Of a stretch of 64,000 nt of DNA, positions 28,517 to 41,791 are shown in pieces. Under the pieces are notes generated by a model. It ran no database searches. It was not told the DNA's origin and saw nothing but the letters and a program-made list of their open reading frames with translations. Within the stretch, counting starts at the first letter, position 1, and every line of letters begins with the position of its first letter. The position numbers were made by a program, and so were the translations under genes. The DNA is from the human T2T-CHM13v2.0 reference genome, Homo sapiens, in assembly GCF_009914755.1 (NCBI RefSeq), contig NC_060930.1. One strand, written 5' to 3'.

Positions 28517-28606
28517 CAGGCATGGATCCAGATTTGCGGGGCATGAAACTTACACGCAGTGAAGGTCTTTGATGACGCTTCAGTGGCTTCATGATACATC
28601 TACCCT
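28517..28606. mobile_element. Internally deleted MER53-like DNA transposon
   Basis: Left end CAGGCATGGATCCAGATTTGCGGGGCATGAAACTTACAC and right end GGCTTCATGATACATCTACCCT resemble recalled MER53 termini. Confidence 0.5.
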
Positions 28607-29269
28607 TACTTGAAAATTGATTTCTCTTTTAACCAACTACCAAGAATGTTCTTTTTAAAGTTACCAGATACTTGGTAGGTGCTAAGCAAGAGGACACACT
28701 TGAAACTTGTTTGGATGAATTCATAATTTTATGTTCAAAATACTTATCCCATGTGGCTTCAAAATTGTTGCTTCATTGTCTTTGAGCATCCAGTACTACA
28801 AATGAAGCTTGACAGCCATCTGATTTTCATTCCTGGATAAGTAACCTTTTTTCCTGTTCACCCCAAAGCCCTCCCAAGGTTTTACGCTCTTTTGTATATT
28901 TATTCTTCTGAAATTCAGGAAGAATAATCTCAGTGTGGGTTTGTTTATAGACATTGTGCCTGACAGTAAATTTTATAATACAAAGATTCCAAAAGTATTT
29001 CCAGCTATGGAAATTTACTTCTATTTTCCAGTGATTAATTCTTCTTAAAGTTGTGAAGTAATATGAAATATTATGTAATTTATGTAAAATATAAACATAT
29101 ACAAAAATATGTATGTAAATTCATTAAAATATGTGAAAGAATATGACTCAAACAATTAACTATGGTTATCTTTGGGAAGATATTGTTTGAGAAAAATGGT
29201 AAAGAGGAATATTTACTTTTAATGATATTTTTAAACAACTCATCATGTATTTAATGTAGAGTATACCGA

Positions 29270-29895
29270 ACATACTTTAAAAGTATATGTGAAAAGGTTT
29301 TGACATATGTGTACATCCATGAAACCATCATCTCAAATAAGAATATGTTTCCATAACCTCTAAAAGTTTCTCCAATCTCTTTGTAACCCTCTCACTAGTT
29401 CTTATTCATACGCTTCTATTTCAAGGTTATTACTGATTTTCTTTTTGTCACTATCAATGAGCTTGTATATTCTGGAATCTTATGTAAATGGAATCATACT
29501 GTATGTATTTTTTTCTCTGGCTCCTTACACTCTAATCATCTTGAGAGTCATCATGTTGTATCAATAGTTAACAGTTTAGTCCTTACTCTGCTGGGATTTT
29601 GATTAATATTGCCTTTTATATGTCTTAAAACATACAAAAATCAATTTAGAAAGAACAGTCATCTTAACAATATTGAGACTTCTAGCCAATGCTCCTTTAA
29701 ATTCTAACAGCAATGATTTAAGGTTTTCAGTGGCATGTAGGATATACCCCTATTTAATATTTTATGCTATCTAGTAGTATCATTTTTATATTTCATTTTC
29801 AAATTGTCCTTTTTTATGTCCTGCAACCTTGCTAAACTTCCTTATTATTTAGTTTGGTAGGTGTCATTGCATTTTTTCCTCTCTTTCTGTATGTA

Positions 29896-29926
<31 letters not shown>

Positions 29927-31345
29927 ATGTGTGTGTGTATATGTGTGTGTACATATATGTGTGTATATATACATACATATATACACACATAGGTAAACAT
30001 GTAGTCAGCAAATAAGGATTATTTCTTCTCTTAAAATCTGGATGAATTTTATTTTTTTGTCTTGTCTTATTGTACTGGCTAAAACTTTAAGTTCAATCTT
30101 GAAAAGAAACAGTGAAATCAGACATGTTTTTCTGTTTCTGATCTTAGGGTAAGAGCATTCAGTCATTTACAATCATTGTTCATGACTGCTCTTTATCAGG
30201 ATGAGGGATTCCTATTCTTTCTCTAATTTCCTGAGAGTTTTCACAAGAGCTGATATTAGATCTTGTAACATGCTTTTTCTTCTTTTTTGAGATTGTCATG
30301 TGTTTTGTTTTTATAATAATTTGTTAATATGTGGAATTAATGATTGCTTTTTGACTATTATACCAACTCTTCTCCACTTGATCACAATGTATTATCCTTT
30401 ATATTATTGTTGAGTTTAATTTGCTAGCCTTTAGAATATTTACATCTATGTTCATGGCGGATATTGGTCTGTAGTTTTCTTTTCTTGTAATATGACTTCT
30501 TGCTTTTAGCACCAGAATATGGCTAGAAGTATTTCCTCCTCTTCAAATTTCCCGAAGAATTTAATTAGAATTGGTATTATTTTTCTTTCAATAACTGATT
30601 GAATTTGCTTGTAAAACTGTCAAATACTGGGTGTTGTATTGAGCATGTTAAACTACAAATTAAATTAGTAGATATTAAATATTCAGAATATCTATTTCTT
30701 ATTGAAATTGCTTTAATGGTTGTTTCTATTAAGAAATTTGCTCATTTAATTCACATTTTTATATTTATTGACATAAAATTGTTCAGGATCGTCTGCTTTT
30801 AACTTTTTACTATTTGTAGAATCTGTAGTGATGCCACTTCTCTTATTCTTGCCATGGATAATTTGAGTCGTCTATTTTTTCCTGATTCATCTGACTGGGA
30901 TGTTATAAATTGTAATGATCTTCTCAAAGAACTATCTTTGGTTTTATTCGTTTTCTCCATTGTTTTCCTCTTGTCCATATAATTGATTTCTGCTCTATTT
31001 AGTTTCTTTATTCTTCTTATTTTTGGTTTAATTTCTTTTTCAAGTTTCTTAAGGTTAGTGCTGAATATTAAGCATAGGGTTTAGTGCCTTCCTTGTATTC
31101 TAATTTAAGCTTTCAGTACTATAAATTGCCTCTTTTTGTTACTGCTTTTGATGTGTTTTGTTTTCATTTACATTTAGTTTAAATTGCTTTCTGCTTCCTC
31201 CTTTGATTATCTCTTTGATGTATGCATTATTTAGAAATGTGTTATTTTGTTTCTAAATATGTGAAAATATTCCAGGGATCATTCTGGTATTGATTTCTAA
31301 TTTAATTCCATTGTGGTCAGATCATGTATTTTTGTCCAAAATACA
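29270..31345 (-). mobile_element. Old L1 (L1ME/L1M-like) 3' end and ORF2 fragments
   Basis: TATGTAAATGGAATCATACTGTATGT; CTTAACAATATTGAGACTTCTAGCCAATG; ATTGATTTCTAATTTAATTCCATTGTGGTCAG. Confidence 0.78.
29888..29990. repeat. (TA)n/(TG)n compound microsatellite
   Basis: Alternating purine-pyrimidine run. Confidence 0.92.
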
Positions 31346-31444
31346 GTCTAATTCTCTCTTAGCTACACAGGTTAGCCATATTCAATATGAGAGTGGGATA
31401 CTTGAGGGAATCAATACTAGGGTTTATTTTAGCTGTCAGGAGTG

Positions 31445-32178
31445 TCTATTATGAACCAGTCTACAAGCAACTAGGGATCCAACATGCTCATATAGAATTT
31501 ACATTGTATTTAGAGGTGCTAAAATAAAAATATACACCAGTAAGTGAACAAATTACTTATAGATTGCCATAGTACTTTACAAGAATTATAAGATACAGTG
31601 GTAAAATTTAAAAGGGCTGGCTAGTGCTGTTTTATTCAAGATAACCAGAAACAGACTATCTGCAGAAGAACAATTGAGACATGGGGATAAGAATAAGCCA
31701 TTCAAATGGCAGAGGGAATAATAAAAGAGCTTGGTGTTAGAGAGACAAAAGTGTGGATTGACAACGGCTGGAATTTAAGTGCACATGGTATGACACATGT
31801 TTGGAGAAGTCAATAGAAACCATAAGATCAGTTATTTCAGTCTTATTCCAAGTAATCTAGAAACTGAATGAAGGGTTTTAAGCAGGGAGATCAGCATAAT
31901 CTTGTTAACCTCCAAAAAGAAATAATTTGGCTGTTGTATGGAGGATTGAAGCCTAGGCTTCAGTAGAGATAAATAATACATGTATGACTGAACAGAATCA
32001 AATTTGACACACAGATATCAGTTAGAAAGCTACACAGTTTTCCAGGAAGACTAGGCTGCTGGAAATGAATTATAAGAGAAGTAGACAGATAATAAATAGT
32101 TTTAGAGGGTAGCGCCCATAAGATTTGTTGATGAATTGGGTAAGGATGATGAGAGAAAAGAATAAATGTCAAGAACAT
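31445..32178 (-). mobile_element. L2 fragment
   Basis: GAAGGGTTTTAAGCAGGGAGA..TTTGGCTGTTGTATGGAGGATTG..AGATTTGTTGATGAATTGG. Confidence 0.72.
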
Positions 32179-32480
32179 TAGGCTAAGTGAAAGAAGTCAA
32201 ACACAAATGACTACTTGTCTGAATGATCCATTTATTTGACTTTAGAGAAAAGGTAAAATTCTAGTGACAAAAAGCCTATAAGTAGCTATCTAGGTCAGAG
32301 AACCAGAGAAAGGAATCACCTCTAATGCATCAGAGGAATTGTTTAGGATGATTGGAGTTTTCTATACCTTACTTGTGGTGGAGGGCATATCTACTGTCTA
32401 TATATAATTATCCAAATTCATATAACTATACACCTACACTGAGGGAATTTTATTATATGTAGATTATAACATAATATAAT
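32179..32480 (+). mobile_element. L1ME-like 3' end
   Basis: GCTAAGTGAAAGAAGTCAAACACAAA..CAAATTCATATAACTATACACCTA..AATTTTATTATATGTAGATTATA. Confidence 0.7.
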
Positions 32481-32844
32481 TATTGTAAATACTTAAATAT
32501 AAAATGGAAGATAATTACAAATAGTACTATAGATAAGGATAGCTACTTAAAGGTACAAACAACAAGTCAAATTTTAGTATACCATAAATACTCCATAAAC
32601 ATATCTGCTAAGAATATAAAAATATTGTAAGAATGGGCTAAGAATATATGAACATGAAAATTAACAAAAACTATTTAAATGGTCAAAACAGAAAAACAGG
32701 CTTATGGATTCATCTTTGACCTATAAAAGTACTGAAGGACTGGAAGTCGTTGTTCTTTTCCTTGCAACATACATGGGCTGGTAAAAACTAAAAATAAATG
32801 CTTTTCTTTGAAATTATCAGAGAATTTAAGTTAAAGGGCCCAAG

Positions 32845-33410
32845 TGGTTTTACCAGTGAACTAAACCAAATAATGTATGGAAGAAATAATATCAATTTTA
32901 CACAATATGTTTCAGAAAATAATGGAGGAAAGAACACTTTTTAGTTGAAAGAACAGTGTTACCTTATCACCAAATTTATCTAAGAAATTACCAAAACTAC
33001 AGACCAATATTTCTCATGAACATAGATACAAAAATTCTTTATAACATATTAGCAGATTCACTTCAGCAAAATATAAAAATATAATACATCAGGATTCAGG
33101 AATGTAAGGAAGTCTGGTTCAACATTTGTAAATCAATCATCATAACTTCTCATAGAACCAGAGAAAAGATGATATATTTTAAATATGTGGAAAAGTATTT
33201 TATAAAGTTCAACAACTATTCATGAAAAAAAATTCAAAAAACCCAAACATCAAAGATAATTTCTACAGGTTTATATGAAAAACACCTACTGTCAACATCA
33301 CACTTAATGAGACACTGAACACTTTTCCTCTAAAATCAGGAACAAGGCAGTATGTCATCTTGCCACTCCTATTCAATATGGACATTCAAGAAAAAAATAA
33401 ATAATTGGTA
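32845..33410 (+). mobile_element. Old L1M ORF2 fragment
   Basis: AACTACAGACCAATATTTCTCATGAACATAGATACAAAAATTC; CTAAAATCAGGAACAAGGCA..CCACTCCTATTCAA. Confidence 0.8.
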
Positions 33411-33412
33411 TA

Positions 33413-34090
33413 TGTAGGAAGGCAGGCCTCTGAATGACTCTGGCCAACCCAGATCTTCCCTCTTCCTCTTGCAGTTCTTAGAAAAACCACAGAACGGGCT
33501 GAGAATGAAATATCCTGAGGTAAGAATGAGGTGTTCACAGGAACAGAAAACCAAACACTGCATTTTCTCACTCATAAGAGGGAGTTGAACAATGAGAACA
33601 CATGGACACAGGGAGGGGAGCATCACACACTGGGGCCTGTTGGGGGGTTGGGGGGATGGGAAGGGAGAGCATTAGGACAAATTCCTAACGCATGAGGGGC
33701 TTAAAACCTATATGATGGGTTGATGGGTGCAGCAAACCACCATGGCACATGTATACCTACGCAACAAACCTGCATGTTGTGCACATGTATCCCAGAACTT
33801 AAAGTATAATAAATTTTAAAAAATGGCAAAAACAACATTACAGGCCACTGGGGAAAAAAAAAAAAAGAAAGAAAGAATGAGGTGTTCAGAGCAACTTGCA
33901 CTGTGTCCTCATTCCTTTGAAGAAAGAATATTCTTTATTGCTTAAGATCAGTGATCTAAGTTCTGCTCAGGATATATAAAGCCAAGGTGGACTGTTTTCA
34001 GAGTCCATTGGCAGTGGTGTGATGTCAGGCACATGAAGATGAAACCTCACACCCAACACACAACTTTCCTGAGCCTTGAGATTGCCGTGT
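33413..34090 (+). mobile_element. ERVL-type LTR (MER54/MER74/LTR53 group), interrupted by L1PA and 3'-truncated
   Basis: Starts TGTAGGAAGG; TATA-like GATATATAAAG near 33971; AACTTTCCTGAGCCTTG motif recalled for this group. Confidence 0.5.
33538..33872 (+). mobile_element. 5'-truncated L1PA7-like 3' end with extra 3' sequence
   Basis: GAGCATTAGGACAAATTCCTAACGCATGAGGGGCTTAAAACCTA..CCCAGAACTTAAAGTATAATAAA; perfect 16-bp TSD AAGAATGAGGTGTTCA at 33522-33537 and 33873-33888. Confidence 0.93.
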
Positions 34091-34361
34091 ATGTAAGGAG
34101 AGAATTCGAAAAACAGCAAGAGAGAAACATCTAGTCAATTACAAGGGAACCCCATCAGACTAACAGCAGATTTCTGGGAAGAAACCTCAGAGGGTAGGAT
34201 AAAATGGGATGATATATTCAAAGTGCTGACCTCTGCTAGCCAAAACTACATCCAGCAAGGGTATCCTTCATAAATGAAGGAGAAATAAAGTATTTCCCAC
34301 ACAACCAAAAGCTGAGGTATTTCATCACTAGTAGACTGGCGCTACAAGAAATGTTTAAGGG

Positions 34362-34651
34362 GGCCAGGCATGGTGGCTCACACCTGTAATCCCAGCATTT
34401 TGGGAGGCTGAGGCGGGTAGATCACCTGACATCGAGAGCTCGAGACCAGCCTGACCAACATGGGGAAAGCCCATCTCTACTAAAAATACAAAATTAACCA
34501 GGCCTGGTGGCGCATGCCTGTAATCCCAGCTACTGGGGAGGCTGAGCAGGAGAATTGCTTGAACCCAGGAGGCGGAGGTTGCGGTGAGCCGAGATCACAC
34601 CACTGCACTCCAGCCTGGGCAACAAGAGCAAAACTCGATTTCAAAAAAAGA
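34362..34651 (+). mobile_element. AluSp-like SINE
   Basis: AGCCTGACCAACATGG and GGGCAACAAGAGC; perfect 16-bp TSD AAGAAATGTTTAAGGG at 34346-34361 and 34652-34667. Confidence 0.93.
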
Positions 34652-36845
34652 AAGAAATGTTTAAGGGAGTCTTACTCCAGCCTGGAAATGAAGGAATAGT
34701 ATCTACCATTATGATAAAATATAAAACTCACTGGTAGAGCAAACACACAAATAAGGAAGAAAAAGGACTCAAATATTACCATTACAAAAATACTACCATA
34801 CCACAATGATAAGCAGTAAGAGAAAGATAGGAACACAGGATACAGAAAACAATCAGAAATTAATAAAATGACAGGTCTAAGGACTCACATATCAATAATA
34901 ATCTTGGATGTAAAAAATTTAAATTTTCCACATAAAAGATATAGTCTAGTTTATTGAATTTTTTAAATGACCCAACTATATGCTGCCTGCAAAAACTTAT
35001 TTCAACTGTAAGGACATGTATAGATTGAAAATATAGGAAGGGAAGAAGATATTATATGAAAATGGAAACTGAAAGTGAGGAGAAATAGCTGTATTTACAT
35101 CAGATAAAACAGACTTTAAGTCAAAAACAGTAAAAAGAGACAATGAAAGACATTGCCTAATGATAAAGGGATCAATTCAACAAGAGGTCATAAAAATTAT
35201 AAACATGTATGTGTCTAATGCTGGAGCATCCAAATAAATAAAGCAAATATTATTAGATCTAAAGAGAGAGAGAGACTCCAATACAATAACATTTGGGGAC
35301 TTCAGCACCCCACTTTCTGCATTAGATGCATTATCTAGACAAAAAATTAACTGAACATTAGATTAAGTGGACCTAACAGACATGTACACATGTCACCCAG
35401 CAGCTGCAGAATACACATTCTTCTCATCAGGACATGGAACATTTTCAAAGGATTTTTAAAAATTGAAATATATCAAGTATCTTCTCAGACCACAATGAAA
35501 TAAAATTAGAAATCAATAACAAGAGGAACTTGGGAAAATGAACAAATACATGGAAATTAAACAACAATGCTCCTGAATAACCACTGAGTTAAGGAAGAGA
35601 TTATAAAGGAAATAAAAATTTTTCTTGAAACAAATGAAAATCAAAATACAATATACCCAAACCTATGGGATACAGCAAAAGCAGTGCTAACAGGAAAGTT
35701 TATAGCAATAAATGCCAACATCAAAAAAGTAGAAAGATTCCAAATAATCTATGATGCAACCCAATAAACTCCAAAGGAAGAACAAACCAAAAACAAAATT
35801 AGTAGAAGAACAGAAATAATGAAGTTCAGAACCAAACTAAATGAAGCAGAGACTAAAAAAATACAAAGACTTAATAAAACAAAAAAGTTGATATTTTGGA
35901 AAGATAAACAAAATCAATAAACTTCTAGCTAGACTATCCAAGAAAAAAATACATAAGATTGAAATAAACTCAGAAATGAAAAGAGACATTACAAATAATA
36001 ACACAGAAATACAAAATATGATCAGACAATAGATAAACAACTATACAGTAACTGGAAAACTTAAACCAAGTGGATAAATTAATGAACATATTCAATCGGC
36101 CAATATTGAATCAGAAAGAAATAGAAAGCCTAAATAGACCAATAATAAGTAATGATATTAAAGTTTTAATTTCAAAAATCTCTTATGAATGAAAAGTACG
36201 GGACTGGATGGCTTCATTGCCAAATTCTATCAGACTTCAAAAACTAACACCAAATTTCCAACTATTAAAAAAACTGAAGAAGAGAGAATTCTTCCTAATT
36301 TATTCTATGAGGAAGACATTATCCTAATACCAAAACCAGTCAAAGACGCAATTAAAAAAAAAAAAAAGAAAAACAAACCAACAGGCTAATATCCCCGAGA
36401 ACGTAGAAGCAAAAATTCTCCACAAAATACTAGCAAACTGAATGCAAGAGCACAATAAAAAGATAATGTACCATGATCAAGAGGGGTTTATTCCAGGGAT
36501 GCAAGGTAGTACAACATATATAAATCAATCAACATGATACATAACATCAACAAAATGAAGGGAAAAAAACCATATGACCATCTCAATAGATGCAGAAAAA
36601 TCATTTGATAAAATTCAACATTTTTTCATTATAAAAAAATCTCAACAAACTAGATTAAAGGAACATATCTCAATATAATAAAAGCCATATATAACATACC
36701 CATAGCAAACATCAAACTGAATGGGGAAAAGCTGAAAGCCTTTCCTGTATGAATCAGAACAAGACAAGGAGGCTCACTTATACTACTCCTATTCAACATA
36801 GTTCTGGAATTTCTAGCCAGAGCAATCCGACAAGAGAAATGAATA

Positions 36846-37130
<285 letters not shown>

Positions 37131-37375
37131 AGGGAGAAAGAGAAATACAAGGCATTAAAATTGGAAAGGAAGAAGTCAACTGTCCCATTTTGCAGATGAT
37201 ATAATCTTATATATATATTAGTAGTGTTTCTATACACCCATAATGAACTAGCTGAGAAGGACATCAAGAAGGCAATCTCATTTAAAATAGCTAAAATGTA
37301 TTTTAAAATATGTAAGAATAAATTTAACCAAAGAGGTAAAAACTCCTCTACAAGGAAAACTACAAAACAGTGATG

Positions 37376-39284
37376 AGAAGGCAGAGCCAAGATGGCCAAC
37401 TAGATTCAACCAGGAAGAGCTTCTTGCACCAAGAGAGACTAGACCATCAAATAGACCAGCACACTCGAACAGTTCTTTGGAAAGAAGGCAGTGAGAGTTG
37501 ACAGAGGAAGGACACAGACCCTGGGGCTGAAAGAGGAGGAAGCTGGAACAATGCATGGGGTTGCTGAGCACCAGGACTTGCTCCTGGCCCCAAACAGCTC
37601 CTAGGGAAGGGGTAAGTTTTATAGGTGTGAAGTGGCCCACTCTCACCATGGACCTCTGGGATCCTCACTGTGGGAGACCCCATGATCTCCATGGATTTCT
37701 GATGTAGTAGGGAGAACTGCCTGGAGAGTTGTCAGAGAGAACTCCAGCCATTGCAGAGCCAAGAAGTTTTGGCACAGGAATGGCTGCAGCACTGCATGGC
37801 CATGGGCACCCATCCCCCAGGTCTCACCATACTTTTCTAGGCAGTTTCAGCCTTTGATAGCTGCTAGACCTGGATAGAACAGTGCAATCTTGGCCATGGG
37901 ATGAGGCCACTCTGATCTGAGCACGCCGCTGACTGACAGTTTCTTCCAGGGTCCCTCCCTGGCTGAACCTGTTTACAGCACAGCCTCAGCTTGCCAGCAG
38001 CCACTGCCATAGCTCTTTCTCTGGCAGAGCTGCCTACTCATGGGATTACTTTTATAGACAGACCCCTGCAAGTGCATACCCACTTGCTGTCTTCCCCCAC
38101 CAGCACACACCTGCCTACAGCTTTCCCTGGCAGCGTGCATTTGCCTGCAACAACCTCCTCTCCCATCCTTTCCAGCATGCATATGCATGTAAACCCACTG
38201 CCACCTCTGCCACCTCACCAGAGTGCTTCTGCTGGCAGCCCGTGTTGGAGTGTTCTTGCCAGTGGGAACAATTGGGAACATGTCAGCCCCTCCAGTGCAG
38301 CAGGTGTTTAACCTCAAGTGGCCAGAGAATAAACAAGCAGGCCAGGTCCCAGCCTGTCAGGGTTAGAGTATGCAGGCCAGGAGTGCTGAGCTGAGCCTTG
38401 GCCCATAATAGCATCCAGAAACAAAGCCAATTGACTAAACCCAACTTACACCATAGTTGAATCCTCAAGGGCATCAAAGAATATAAAAGAAAAAGTCCCA
38501 TCCAAGCCAGCAACTTCAAAGATTAAAGGAACATAACCCCACGCAGATGACAAATAACCAGTGCAAGAACACTGGCAACTCTAAAAACCAGAGTGTTTTC
38601 TAACCTCCATGCAACCACACTAGCTCCCCAGCAGTGGTTCTTAATCATACTGAAATGGTTGAAATGACAGATACAATTCAAAATTAGAATGGCAAGGAAA
38701 CTTTTTGAGTTACAGGAAAAGGTTGAAATCTAATTCGAGGAAGACAGTAAAACAGTTCAAAAGTTGAAAGATGACATAGCCATTTTAAGAAAGAACCAAA
38801 CTGAACTTGTAGAAATGAAAATTTCACTATAGGAATTTCGAAGTGCAATTGGAACCATTTATAACTGAATAGACCAAGATGAAGAAGAATCACAGAGCTC
38901 AAAGACTGCTTTTTCAAATCAATGTAGGCAGACAAAAATTTAAAGAAAAAAGAATTTTAAAAATGAACAAAACCTCTCAGAAATATGGGATTATGCTAAG
39001 AGACAGAAACCATGAATAATTAGCATTCCTAAAAGAGATGGACAGAGAGCAAGCAACTTGAAAAACATAGTTGAAGATATTGTCCATAGAAATTTTCCCA
39101 CCCTCACTAGAGAGGTCAACATGCAAATTCAGGACTTCCAGAGAAATCCTGCAAGATGCTGTACAAGACAACGCTTCTCAACATGTATAGTTATCACATT
39201 ACCTAAAGTCAATGAGAGATAAAAAATCGTATAGGCAGCTAGAGAGAAGGGGCAGGTCACATATAAAGGACACCCCATCAGGCA
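37376..39284 (+). mobile_element. L1PB/L1PBa-like 5'UTR and ORF1, 3'-truncated
   Basis: Begins GAAGGCAGAGCCAAGATGGCCAACTAGA (YY1 site of L1 5' ends); ORF1-like AACAAAACCTCTCAGAAATATGGGATTATG. Confidence 0.82.
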
Positions 39285-39422
39285 CCATTTTCCACTAAAG
39301 CAACCAGGACTTCTTGGAAAAATGGCTAATTTCATGTCTGAGTTAGGGAATATACAAGAAAAGGCTGGGTGCATCTTCTAACACCAGAAAGAAAGGAAAT
39401 TCTGAAAAATCAAAACAATTGG

Positions 39423-39792
39423 TGCATTGGTTGTTTTCACACGCTATAAAGAATACTTGAGACTGGGTAATTTATAAAGAAGGGCGGTTTAATTGACTCA
39501 CATTTCTGCATGGCTGGGAAGGCCTCAGGAAACTTACAATCATGGTAAAAGGCAAAGGAGAAGAAAGTACCTTCTCCACAAGTCAGCAGGAAAAAGAGTG
39601 TGAAGGAGGAACTGTCAAACACTCCTAAAACCATCAGATCTCGTGAGAACTTACTATCGTGAGAACAGCATGGGGGTAACCACACCCATGATCCAATCCC
39701 TTCCCACCAGGTCCCTTCCTCAATACATAGGGATTATGGGGATTATAATTCCAGATGATATTTGGGTGGGAACACAGAGCCAAACCATATCA
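39423..39792 (-). mobile_element. THE1C-like solo LTR
   Basis: TG...CA termini, GGCCTCAGGAAACTTACAATCATGG; 5-bp TSD ATTGG at 39418-39422 and 39793-39797. Confidence 0.92.
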
Positions 39793-40071
39793 ATTGGGAT
39801 ATATATAAGGGACACAAGAACCAGTAAAAGAGATCCCAATGGCCTAAGGTGGAACGATTTGATAAATAAAGTCAATAATGTAGTATTGGATTATATTCCA
39901 AAATATAAAATAACTATCCATAATTTGTACTTATATAAGTGATTCAATAAATCAATCCCTGGAGAAGAAAATACAAATTTTTCTTATAAATTCCAAACAC
40001 TTCATATAGATACACCCCCTCAAGGAGGTGGAATGCAACTGCCACCCCTTAAGTATGGAATAGACTTATTT

Positions 40072-40235
40072 CTTTATTTTATTTTAAATTTACACATAAT
40101 TGTACATATTTCTGGGGTACATTGTAATTTTTGATACCTATAATGTATAGTGATCAGATCAGGTTAATTAGCATATCCATCATCTCAGACATTTATCATT
40201 TCTTTGTGTTTGGAATATTGGATATATTGGAAATC
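40072..40235 (-). mobile_element. Short L1MA4-6-like 3' terminal fragment
   Basis: AATTGTACATATTTCTGGGGTACA..GATCAGATCAGGTTAATTAGCATATCCATCATCTCA. Confidence 0.8.
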
Positions 40236-41668
40236 AATATTATTTTTCCCCATAGAATACAGCATGGAAATGGGAGATAAAGATAAATAAGTATACATTG
40301 AATAATCTGGTAAACACTACCTTAATCAGGTACGAGTATCATCAGTGTTGGTATCATCAGTGATAAAGTTCAGTCAATTACACTTATCACTGATAATATT
40401 GTGTTGAGAGCAGCACTTTATATCTTTGGACTTCCAAGTCAAACCCATAGCCCTAGTATATTTTTTAAAAAATCAATCAAATACCACTTGAAAAAAATTC
40501 TACAAAATACCTGACCAATATTTCTCGAAACTGTCAATATCACCAAAAACAATTAAATCTGAGAAATTACACAGCTCAAAGAAGTCTAAGGAGACATGAT
40601 AAATAAATGTAACGTTATATTCTAGATAAGATACTGGAAAAATGAAAAAACATTAGAAAAGAGCTAAAAAACTAAAGTATGGAGTTTAGTTAATAGTAAC
40701 AATAATAGTGGCTTATAATATAATAACATAATAATGGTAGTTATTTATATTAGTTATATATATCAACATTTGTTAATTATATATTTATATAATTTTAATC
40801 ATGGATATTATTTGTTATATAAATCAATTAATATTAATATTCATTTATATATTAATATTGATTCATTTATTATGACAAATACACCATGGTAATATAAGAT
40901 ATAAAAAGTTGGAAAAATTGGGAGTGGGGTATAAGAAAAGTCTGCAAGGTCTTTGATAGTTTTATGTTAATATTAAAGTATTCCAAAATAAAACATTCAT
41001 TAAAAATGTATACAACACTTGTTAACTTTGCATGCAATCAAAATTTTTAATTTACACTACAAAATCTGTTCTCATGGATCTGACTGCCAAAGCCTAAAAA
41101 CAATAATAACACAAAATGTCAAAATTCTTTTAGGTAAATGAACACTCTCATATATCTCTGCTGGGCATAAACATTTCTACAATTAAGTATGGTTGAAAGA
41201 ACATCTTTTTTTTTCTGGTAGGCAACTGGAAGGAAGTATAGTTGCCTTCCTAATACATATGACATGTGGAAAGGTAAACTACTGTGTTTTAGACAATATT
41301 AACACATTTGTAACTTTAAATTTCCCTTTCAATTTACTCTGGCCAAAATTCCTTAGTCCAAATGGCCATGTTTATAATATGTTTATGTTTATTTTTCCCA
41401 TAGGAAAATATTTTCTCAATTTTTAAACACATTTTTTATATTTATGAATGTCAAAATTTTTTGAAATTCATCATATCTAATTATAAGCTAATGGCAATGC
41501 CTCATTAAATGTCTAAAAACAGATATAAAACTGGGGTTATGAAACACCTTTATCAACCACCTGGCAATCTCAAACTGATGATCATTCTGAATTTCATAAA
41601 GTATAAAATCTTTTTGTGGGAAAATTCTGAAATCTATATAATAGAAAATCAGATGAACAACCTGGAAC

Positions 41669-41791
41669 TATCCTCCTGAAACAGGAAGAATGTAACAATA
41701 ATATAACTTTTTCTTTTGTAACAGTTTATGATAACACTTTACAGAAGAGAAAGTTATATTATTGTTACATTCTTACTCTATCAGGGAGATA
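41669..41791. repeat. Long inverted repeat (hairpin)
   Basis: 41686-41721 vs 41739-41774 reverse-complementary at 34/36; outer 17 bp pair at 12/17. Confidence 0.93.

Larger units (their letters stand above)
39285..41005 (+). mobile_element. L1MD-like 3'UTR, interrupted by THE1C and an L1MA tail
   Basis: CACCATTTTCCACTAAAGCAACCAGG; AAATTCTACAAAATACCTGACCA..AAACTGTCAA; AAAGTATGGAGTTTAGTTAATA; ends TTCCAAAATAAAA. Confidence 0.78.

Noticed and set aside
40700-40870. Extremely AT-rich stretch with apparent self-complementarity
   Set aside because: Low-complexity expansion inside L1MD; pairing expected by composition
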